Virus record (IMG/VR): IMGVR_UViG_3300025888_000017
Coordinates: 1 to 40,364 of that record
Strand: one strand, 5' to 3'
Source of the DNA: a virus
Taxonomy: Duplodnaviria > Caudoviricetes
DNA: 40,364 nt
Shown here piece after piece: positions 16,387-25,400 of this stretch; the first letter of the stretch is position 1; every line of letters begins with the position of its first letter. A program made the position numbers and the translations under genes. Below the pieces are notes generated by a model. The model did no database searches, had not been told where the DNA came from, and saw nothing but the letters and a program-made list of their open reading frames with translations.

Positions 16387-19035
16387 ATGAACGTAGACAA
16401 ACTGGCTCAAATCAATAAGACAAACGCTGATAATCAGTTATCGACTAAACGGCACGATGATATTTTACAAGCATCCGTTAATACGTCGAATACAGTATTG
16501 TCAGCGACTGCCTCATTGATTCAATATCTCGAAGGCCATATACAAAAGTCTGAAGTTATCAATCAACTCACCTCTATTGATACACCCGATGCCCTAGAAG
16601 TTATCCCCTATATCGAAGCCCTACACGCCACCATTAGGGCACATAAAGACACCGACCTGACCGAACTCACCAAGTTAATGACCGATATGTTGGCTGAAAC
16701 CAAGGCAATTCCCAAAGACCACATGAAGATGCCGGAAATGAAGATGGTTGACTACTCCGACCAGCTCAAGTCACTAAAAGAAGCCATTATAGCCGTCGGG
16801 CAGTTCGTAAAAGACCAAAAGACCGTCGTAGAAGCCCCCGTAGTCCACGTTGACGCACCAAACGTAAATATACCGCCCACTGACCTCAAACCTCTACAGA
16901 AGGATATTAAGGGTGTTGTAGACGCAATCAAGAAAATAATCATACCTGAATACAAAACGGACAATGCCAAGGTTGAAGGGTTAATCACCAAGTCAAACAA
17001 ACTATTGAAAGAACTTATCGACAAGCCGGTCAGCTCGGGCGGTGGCGGTGGCGGACGCGCCACACCATATCAGGATAGTAACGGCGTTCCAGCATTTGTA
17101 GAACTCATAAATGGTAAAATTCCCGTTGACGCTACGATTACAGTTCCTCCAGTTACCATAGATACCACCGGACTAGCAACAGATGCTATTCAAACTAATG
17201 GAACGCAAAAGACTCAAATAGTAGACGCTGGTGGTGATGCCGTCACTGTTACTGGCGGTAAACTAGACGTAAATGTCACGATTCCTCCTGTTACCATTGA
17301 CACGACCGGTTTAGCAACAGACACCCTTCAGACATCTGGCAACTCATCTCTCACTACAATAGCGGGCAAAGACTTCGCAACCGAAACAACCCTCGCTCTT
17401 ATAAAAGCCAAAACCGACAATATAGACGTAGCCCTTTCGACCAGAACGAAGGCCGCCGATACTCAAAAGACCCAAGAACAAAATCCGATCACCAACTTCG
17501 CCAATGAGACGGGTGGTAACCTAGCTGCGATTAAAGCGAAGACCGATAATATCCCAGTTCAAGGGCAAGCCCTAGCTACGGGTTCACTACCGGTCGTATT
17601 GACTGCGGCACAGGTATCTACTCTCACCCCCCCCGCCGCTATAACGGGTTTTGCCACAAGCGCCAAGCAACTCCCGGACGGGCACAATGTAGTTGTGACC
17701 TCTATGCCAGCGGTATCGGTTGACACTACTGGGTTGGCGACCTCTGCCAAGCAAGATACTGGCAATACTTCCACTGGTTCGATAGATACTAAAACCCCAG
17801 CATTAGGGCAAGCACTTGCGGCCGCCTCTGTGCCTGTTATTTTACCGACTGCGACAATAACTACTCTTACGCCCCCAGCTGCGATCACGGGCTTTGCAAC
17901 TTCCGCAAAACAGTTAGCCGACAACCATCAAGTAACGGTCTCAAATATCGCAAGCGCTCCCGTAATAACTGGATTCGCTACTGAAACGACTCTCGGAACA
18001 GTACACGGACACGTTGACTCGATTGATACGAAGACGCCCGCACTTGGTCAGGCACTCGCCGCCGCATCTGTGCCCGTCGTATTAACCTCTGCTCAGATGA
18101 CCACCCTTACGCCGCCCGCACAAGGATTAACGGATACACAACTAAGAAATACTGCTGTCCCAGTCTCACTTGCTTCCGTACCATCTCATGCCGTTACCTT
18201 TACGGGTTCAACTGATGTGGCAACACAAACTACTCTCGCCGCCATGAACGCCAAGATGGTTACGGGCACAGATATAGGCGATGTAACAATAAACAACTCC
18301 ACTGGAGCGGCGGCTGTCAATATACAAGATGGCGGTAATACAATAACGGTAGATGGCACGGTCGCAGTAACAAACGCAGGAATTACCACAATCGCTGGTG
18401 CGGTTACGGGCACAGAAATGCAAGTCGATGTTCTTACGATGCCTACCGTAACAGTAAATGCTCATGCCGTCACGAATGCGGGCACTTTTGCTGTTCAATC
18501 TACTAATCAAGCAAACTCGGGGGTGGACATCGGAGACGTAACGGTCAACAACTCAACGGGTGCGAGTGCGGTCAACATCCAAGACGGAGGAAACTCCATC
18601 ACGGTTGACGGTACTTTTTACCAAGCGACTCAGCCAGTATCTTTAGCCTCAATGCCATCCACCCCAGTAACGGGCACATTCTATCAGGCAACCCAGCCCG
18701 TTTCACTTGCGACAAATACTCCTACGATTGCCACGGGTACAAATGCCATAGGAACAGTCGGCACAACCTCGGCGGCGGTGAATGTTAATCAGGTGACCGT
18801 TAATACTGCAGCCGTACAGTTAAGTGCGGCATCGACCGTACCGACTAACGGCATTATCGTACAGGCGCTATCAACCAACGCCGCCACACTATTTGTTGGT
18901 GGATCGGGCGTGACGACCTCTAATGGGTTTGAACTGTCACCAGGACAGGCTATGTCGTTTACCTGCAATCTTAATACGCTGTATATACGTTCAGCCGCCA
19001 GCACAACAGATAAGGTTTGTTACAATGTCCAGTAA
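16387..19035 (+). CDS. Large repeat-rich fibre/spike-like structural protein
   Basis: Helical N-domain, poly-Gly linker, repeats IDTTGLAT, KTPALGQALAAASVPV, TLTPPAAITGFATSAKQ, DIGDVT.NNSTGA.AVNIQDGGN.ITVDG, FYQATQPVS. Confidence 0.7.
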   Translation: MNVDKLAQINKTNADNQLSTKRHDDILQASVNTSNTVLSATASLIQYLEGHIQKSEVINQLTSIDTPDALEVIPYIEALHATIRAHKDTDLTELTKLMTDMLAETKAIPKDHMKMPEMKMVDYSDQLKSLKEAIIAVGQFVKDQKTVVEAPVVHVDAPNVNIPPTDLKPLQKDIKGVVDAIKKIIIPEYKTDNAKVEGLITKSNKLLKELIDKPVSSGGGGGGRATPYQDSNGVPAFVELINGKIPVDATITVPPVTIDTTGLATDAIQTNGTQKTQIVDAGGDAVTVTGGKLDVNVTIPPVTIDTTGLATDTLQTSGNSSLTTIAGKDFATETTLALIKAKTDNIDVALSTRTKAADTQKTQEQNPITNFANETGGNLAAIKAKTDNIPVQGQALATGSLPVVLTAAQVSTLTPPAAITGFATSAKQLPDGHNVVVTSMPAVSVDTTGLATSAKQDTGNTSTGSIDTKTPALGQALAAASVPVILPTATITTLTPPAAITGFATSAKQLADNHQVTVSNIASAPVITGFATETTLGTVHGHVDSIDTKTPALGQALAAASVPVVLTSAQMTTLTPPAQGLTDTQLRNTAVPVSLASVPSHAVTFTGSTDVATQTTLAAMNAKMVTGTDIGDVTINNSTGAAAVNIQDGGNTITVDGTVAVTNAGITTIAGAVTGTEMQVDVLTMPTVTVNAHAVTNAGTFAVQSTNQANSGVDIGDVTVNNSTGASAVNIQDGGNSITVDGTFYQATQPVSLASMPSTPVTGTFYQATQPVSLATNTPTIATGTNAIGTVGTTSAAVNVNQVTVNTAAVQLSAASTVPTNGIIVQALSTNAATLFVGGSGVTTSNGFELSPGQAMSFTCNLNTLYIRSAASTTDKVCYNVQ

Positions 19036-19047
19036 AGGAGATAAATA

Positions 19048-20658
19048 ATGCCAATACTTCCATGGGGAGCAAAACCAGGTTCAAGTGGTGCGGTAAATCT
19101 AACTGGCCCCATTACTTCAGTTGGAGCGACTACATCTATCGCCTCTCAGACAGGTACGGGCACTAAGTTTGTAGTAGATACTTCCCCAGTACTCACGGGA
19201 ACCCCCTCAACTCCAACTCCAACCGCAGGAGACAGCACAACCCAAATAGCATCAACGGCTTTTGTCCAACAAGCGGTCAGAAGTACCCCTGGAAAAGAAG
19301 CATCAAATTATGCAACAACTGCAGCCCTTCCAACAGTAGTTTATAGTAATGGGACAGCAGGCGTAGGCGCCACTCTTACGGGTGTAGCTATGGGTGCTAT
19401 TGGTATCGACAGTGGCTCTCCATCGGTCGGGCAGCGTATCCTTGTAAAAAACCAAGTATCGACCTTCCAAAACGGTATCTACGACGTAACCGCAACGGGT
19501 TCGGGTATAGCGGTCTTTGTCCTGACTCGTTCGTTAGACTTCAACCAGACAGGAGATATTAAGACGGGCGCCACGACCTATGTTGTTTCTGGCACTGTTC
19601 TCGCCGCCACGACTTGGGATGTAAGTTCTGCCGATAGTCCAGCAATAGGGACTGATGCAATTACCTTTATTCAAAGTGCCGGACCCGGCTCTCTCATAGC
19701 AGGAACGGGTATCTCTATTTCAGGCAATACCGTAGCGATCAATACGACCACTACGGTAGATAAAACTACAACTCAAACTCTGACTAATAAAACACTAACT
19801 AATCCGGTAATACTTGACGGTGCTAATACATTTGGTACATTTACCGTTCCTGGAATGTCACAATCAAAAATTACAGCGAATACTAGTAACGTACTGATTG
19901 TTGGTTCTGCTTCGGGAATGACTGAAGCGCTTCGTATTGCTGATGGTACAGATATTACAAAACTTATATCAATAGGTTTATCCGGAGCTACTACTAGTAC
20001 TACTACAACTATAACAGCCTCTCAGACAGCCAATAGGACACTAGCTTTACCTGATGCCACCGACACCCTGGTAGGCAGGGCCACCACAGACACACTAACT
20101 AATAAGACACTAACTTCGCCTACTCTAACAACGCCAGCTATCGGTGCAGCCACGGGCACATCACTCAGCGTCTCAGGTCAACTTACCTCAACCGTAGCTA
20201 CGGGTACATCACCACTAGCCGTAACCTCAACTACAAAGGTAACTAATTTAAATGCTGAGACGGTCGATGGGTTCAATGCCTCAGCTACGCCGACAGCTAG
20301 TACGATACTGGCGTTAGATAGTAATACAAAATTACCTGTCGCATTAAGCCCATCTATTCGACAAGTTGGGTGGAATTACACAACAAATGGAGGTTCATCA
20401 GGTAATGGAAGTGTAACGGTAACGTTCCCGACAGCATTTGCAACCGCCCCAAAAGTCTTAGCCTGTTTATTAGGATATAAAACTGGTGGCGCACCATCAT
20501 CTCCAAGCGATTTTACAGGAGCGTTCGGAGGTGGTGGTACAATGCCAATACTATTCGTCACAAGTATATCAACTACTGTATTTACCGCAAATATAAACTC
20601 GGTTACTGGTAATTTTGGTGCAAGTTATAATGGTTTTAGCTGGATAGCGGAATTATAA
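19048..20658 (+). CDS. Tail/head fibre with C-terminal H-type lectin-like receptor-binding domain
   Basis: TQIASTAFV, LVKNQ....NGIY, TLTNKTLT repeats, VTFPTAFATAPKV. Confidence 0.75.
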   Translation: MPILPWGAKPGSSGAVNLTGPITSVGATTSIASQTGTGTKFVVDTSPVLTGTPSTPTPTAGDSTTQIASTAFVQQAVRSTPGKEASNYATTAALPTVVYSNGTAGVGATLTGVAMGAIGIDSGSPSVGQRILVKNQVSTFQNGIYDVTATGSGIAVFVLTRSLDFNQTGDIKTGATTYVVSGTVLAATTWDVSSADSPAIGTDAITFIQSAGPGSLIAGTGISISGNTVAINTTTTVDKTTTQTLTNKTLTNPVILDGANTFGTFTVPGMSQSKITANTSNVLIVGSASGMTEALRIADGTDITKLISIGLSGATTSTTTTITASQTANRTLALPDATDTLVGRATTDTLTNKTLTSPTLTTPAIGAATGTSLSVSGQLTSTVATGTSPLAVTSTTKVTNLNAETVDGFNASATPTASTILALDSNTKLPVALSPSIRQVGWNYTTNGGSSGNGSVTVTFPTAFATAPKVLACLLGYKTGGAPSSPSDFTGAFGGGGTMPILFVTSISTTVFTANINSVTGNFGASYNGFSWIAEL

Positions 20659-20724
20659 CCCTAACTAGAAAGGTAGTATAGGGGTCCACCCGTTAGCGCG
20701 ACTTCCTTCGCGTTAATTATCCCA

Positions 20725-20761
20725 TTTATTTATTGTTCAAAGTGTGGTACAATGTGGATAA
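20725..20761 (+). promoter_or_regulatory. Extended -10 promoter for the ejection-protein operon, with overlapping DnaA box
   Basis: TGTGG-TACAAT (20748-20753) directly followed by TGTGGATAA (20753-20761). Confidence 0.55.
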
Positions 20762-20849
20762 ATAGAGGCTCCTCATCGCAGGAATCTACAGACTCAACTG
20801 AATCTTCAGAGGTCGAAAGCAACTCAACTTTCAACTTTGGAGATTTTTT

Positions 20850-21977
20850 ATGGCATATAGCTATCAACTCAAACCGACTGGAGTAAACTACTTCCAAGAC
20901 GGTAATCCTATTACTAATACACAGTTCGGACAGGGAACGGGCATTGACTATGGCGCGCTGGAAACAGCGGCAAACAAAGCCATCGGTGGTCAGATAGGTG
21001 GCACAATGGGTGCTTCTATGGGCACAAGCGGTCCAGCCGTTGATCCGAACTTCTGGGCTATGCGCTCAGTTGACCAACCAGCACAAGACACGGGCGGCAC
21101 GGGTGGTTATAGTGGCTATGCTTCGGGTGGCAGTACGGGTGGTTCCGTAAATACTTCGGGCGCAACAGTCGCCCAAAACAACGCCTACCTAGACGATCAA
21201 GCCAACCAACTCAGAGACCTACTATCCCGCACTAACACGGGCCTAGATCAGGGTATGTCTCGAATCGGTAGTGAATATGGACAACAGGTCGGTAACGCTA
21301 ACGCTGACAAAACTAAGCAACTCGGCGTCTACCAAGACAATCGGGTTACTCAGAATACGGATAAACAAAACGGCTTCAACACCGCTAATAAGAACGCCAA
21401 CAACGGCTATCGCAGTCTCTCACAGATAATCGGACGAGCCAGTGGTACGGGTTCATCGGCCTTTAAGGATATGCTACCAAACGTCATCGGTACAGACCTT
21501 TCTTCAAAACGCCAAGGTATTACTGATACTTACGGGGCTAACCTACGGGGCATTGATAAGTCACAGAACGACTACCTGTCTAGCTTTGAACAAGTCCTAC
21601 AAGACCTCGCCAACCAGAAGAAAAATAACGAGAACACGCTGAGCACGGGCATTGAGACCCAGCGACAGGGCATTAACTCACAACTAGCCACTAACGCCGT
21701 GCAGAAGGTACAGAATAACGGTGGTGGCTATGCACAGGTTCAAGCAGCCCAAGCACCCTACCAGACGGCTATCGACAACTCACGAAACACCGTACAGAGC
21801 TTCTTCGACCAATTCCGACCAAACTACGCACCAAAGACAGCGGCGGCGGCTACACCAGACCTGGCAGCTTATCAGACAGATCGTAGCACCGTGAACGCAC
21901 AGAACCAGGGGATTGATAGCACCAACCCATATGCCAGCTTACTCCGTCGCCGCCTCACCGAGGGCACAGTAGCATGA
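20850..21977 (+). CDS. Putative ejection (internal virion) protein
   Basis: Gly/Gln/Asn-rich helical protein upstream of the giant ejection protein. Confidence 0.65.
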   Translation: MAYSYQLKPTGVNYFQDGNPITNTQFGQGTGIDYGALETAANKAIGGQIGGTMGASMGTSGPAVDPNFWAMRSVDQPAQDTGGTGGYSGYASGGSTGGSVNTSGATVAQNNAYLDDQANQLRDLLSRTNTGLDQGMSRIGSEYGQQVGNANADKTKQLGVYQDNRVTQNTDKQNGFNTANKNANNGYRSLSQIIGRASGTGSSAFKDMLPNVIGTDLSSKRQGITDTYGANLRGIDKSQNDYLSSFEQVLQDLANQKKNNENTLSTGIETQRQGINSQLATNAVQKVQNNGGGYAQVQAAQAPYQTAIDNSRNTVQSFFDQFRPNYAPKTAAAATPDLAAYQTDRSTVNAQNQGIDSTNPYASLLRRRLTEGTVA

Positions 21978-22423
21978 TGGACATTTTCGGACAACTTAGA
22001 AAACTTTTAGGGATCGGCGACCAGCCACAGGCTAAGCCAGGATATGCAGCAACACCACAACAGCAGGTAAGCGCACCGCTTGAACAGGCATACGGCAATC
22101 ACAGTGGGTTCCAAAGAATGCCCGATGGACGAGCAATGGTTGGCGGTCAAGTATATCCAGCAAGCGCCCAAGAAGATAACTTTACATTCGACAGCAAACC
22201 CCCGTTCAAATATCAGGGCCAACAGACCCCCGGAACAGTAAATGGTCACACTCCAGCCCCGGGCTACTACAATCAGGCGGTTCAGTACAACAACGACATG
22301 AATAGCGGGAACTTCAACGGACAAGATCCAGGTAACTTCGGCTATCCAGCAGATAATGGCCTGAACTTCAGCCAAACACCCACAACAAGCTTTGAAAATA
22401 TACTAAAACAACTTAGACGCTAG
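21974..22423 (+). CDS. Low-complexity Gln/Pro/Gly protein, putative ejection protein
   Basis: ORF in the ejection cluster. Confidence 0.55.
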   Translation: MMDIFGQLRKLLGIGDQPQAKPGYAATPQQQVSAPLEQAYGNHSGFQRMPDGRAMVGGQVYPASAQEDNFTFDSKPPFKYQGQQTPGTVNGHTPAPGYYNQAVQYNNDMNSGNFNGQDPGNFGYPADNGLNFSQTPTTSFENILKQLRR

Positions 22424-22434
22424 GGGGTCAAACA

Positions 22435-25400
22435 ATGTTCGATCTGGCGAAGTTTCTCGGCGACACCTTCGGCTGGAACAAGCCTCCCGTTAAGAGTACC
22501 CCACAGCCAGCGTCAACAGCCCAAAAGCTCAACTTCAATACAACCCAGCCCAGCACTACGGCGCGGGTTCAAAGTCAGCTCGCCACAACCGCCCCCGCCT
22601 CTCCCGTCTCAGGGATAAACCTACAGACGTGGAATAAGATGACACCGCAGGTCCAGCAGAACCTCATCAAAAGTGATGCGAGCGTAAAGAGCGCGCAGGC
22701 AAATGTGTGGAATCCTGGAGCAATCGCAAACGATCTCGGTAATACTGCCCGCGCCACGGGAGACTGGACGAATACAAATATCGTTCAACCCGTCGTAACA
22801 GACGCACAGAAAGCCTATCACACCGTAATGGTCCCCGTCGTGGGAATCCAGGGTATGATAAACTCTAATGCTTTCGGTGGAGCATATAGTAAGCAACTCG
22901 GCAACCTAACTGAACAACAGGTAAATAATGAGCTAAACCAGTCGCTTGTACCCCAGGACGTTGCAAGTGGTAAGGCTTCCCCAGCACAGTTCGGTGCAGA
23001 CTTTACTAAAACGGGCGTTCACTATGCACCATACTTCGTCGGTGGAGTAGGGGGAAAGACACTGGACACGCTCGGTAATGTGGTTGCCGATAAGGTTGCG
23101 GGTAACGTCACCAGTAAATTAGTCGGTGGCGCGGCCAAGATCGGCGCAAGTAGTGCCGTATCTGTCCCCACATTTGCTGGATTAAACGCACTAGATCAAG
23201 GGCTAAACGCGATAAGCAACGGCGGACAGACCGGATTCGACCCAGGACAGGCGACCGTAGCTGGACTACAGGCTGGTGCTATGACGGCAGCGGGCGGAAT
23301 AGCTGGAGCTGGACTTAAAGTAGGCGCTGGAGCAACCACCAAATTAGTCACTGGCATAAAAGACGCACAGACTAGCCCAACCGCTCAGGCTGGATTCGCT
23401 AAAGTACCTGGCGGAAAAGCACCAGTAGACCCTGCCCCACAAGTAACGCCATTATCGAAAGCGGTTGATAATTATAAGCAAGAACCCCTGGGCAGCACAA
23501 ACACCAAGTCGATAGACAATTTAGTAAAAGAATCGTCTACGCCACAGGGTAGAGCTACAACTAAATCTCATGTTGATACTATTCCGAAAAATGCCGACGG
23601 TACGGTAACTGTTTACCGAGTCGGCGATGTTCGAGACGGTAATATGTCTACTACACTTGATCCGGGCATGGCACAAGTACTCGCGAAAGAGCGAGCGTCG
23701 CAGGGTCTATCGAGTGGTGTAACTAAAATGGACGTAAGCCCAGACTCTATCAAGGCCGTCGTCCCGGGTATCGAGAGTGAAGTTATTATCAATCAGTCTA
23801 CCCCACAAGTAAGTAAGACACCCTCCCTCAAGAATGGAGTCACTAAATCTCAGATACCAGCACCAGAAGCACCTAAGTTTGCAAAGATACTAGCAAAAGA
23901 TACTGCGACACAAGGTTTGCCTATCGTCGGATCAAACCTAGGCGCACCAAAAGCCATTCCAAAAGAAAGTATACCCCCGCGAACGCCAGAAGTCCCAGGG
24001 CAATTAAGCCCAGTATCATCAAAATTGGTAAGAACTGCACAACCATCAGCACAAGGTAGTTCATCTACTCCTAATATAAGCACCAACGACTATATTAAGC
24101 AACAGTTTAAGGCCCAAGAAGCCGCTCGAAAAGCTGGCGATAATGGGCTTATCTCTAAACTGCATAACGACGCCAACGTAAAGTTCCTAGACAGCTTCTC
24201 CCCCATTGAAAAGACAATGAACGCGGCCATCAAAAATGGCGCAGATATACCGCTTAGTAAAAACATCACCCCCCAGATTGACCGAGCACTTCGCGCCGAC
24301 TCAATCGCTGGACAATACATCAAGGATAACGGACTGGCGAAGGTTATTCAGAATGTACCAGATACAAAAGCCCTCGATCAATACCTCATCGCCAAACACG
24401 CAGTAGACCTCGAAAAGAATGGCGTAAAGACGGGTCGCAACCTAAGCGCAGACGCTAAACTCGTGGAATCACTCAAGGGAACCTATGAGCCACACGCCCA
24501 AGCAGTCATGAAATATAACCAGGGTCTACTTGATAAAGCCGCCAGTTACGGACTTATCTCTAAAGACACCGCTACTATGCTCAAGGCGAAGTACCCCAAC
24601 TATGTGCCCGCTAATCGTATCTTCGGAGATGGTGAACTAACGACATTCAAGGGTAACGGAAGCGGTAAAGCCTCCATCTCTACGCAGTCAGTGGTTAAGA
24701 AGATTAAGGGATCAGCTCGCCAGATTGAAAGCCCGCTCTCGTCAATCGTCAATAAGACGAATGATGTTATCTCGCAGGGTGAGCGCAACAAAGCCGCCTC
24801 AATCCTCGCTGACTATAGAAAACTACCCAACAACCCGTTCAACCTGAGAGAGTTAGGGCCAAGCGAAATTGTCGGCACAAAGTCAACCATCTCCTACCTC
24901 GACAACGGAAAAGTTCGTCGATTTGAGACGACCCCAGAAATTGCCGCCGCCGCCAAGTCTCTCAATAAAGAACAGATCGGAATCATCGGAAAGATTGTCC
25001 GTATCCCGACCCGTATTCTTCGCCTCGGTGCAACGGGGGTAAACTCAGGGTTTGCTCTTGCAAACGTCACAAAAGACGTTGTATCGGCCTTTATCAACAC
25101 CGAACACCCGTTCAGGACATCAGCACTTAATCCGTCAGCCCTTAAACAAGCCGGGTCTGCTGCGCTCTACCACGGTGGTAAATCATACGCCGAACTCGTC
25201 CGACAGGGTGCTGGTGGAACATCGTTTGACATCGCCCGAAATGCGCCAGTTGCAAACATCAAGAATATCCGTGCAAATAAAAACGTAGGCACAAAAGCCC
25301 TCTATACTGTTACGCATCCCGCCGAACTCATCAGGGCTGTCGAGAATACAATCGGACGCTCCGAGGAGTTCACCCGCGCACTCCAGTACTTCGGCAACAA

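Noticed and set aside
16387-20658. Diversity-generating retroelement targeting the fibres
   Set aside because: No reverse transcriptase and no TR/VR pair with adenine-specific mismatches; the repeats are degenerate protein repeats
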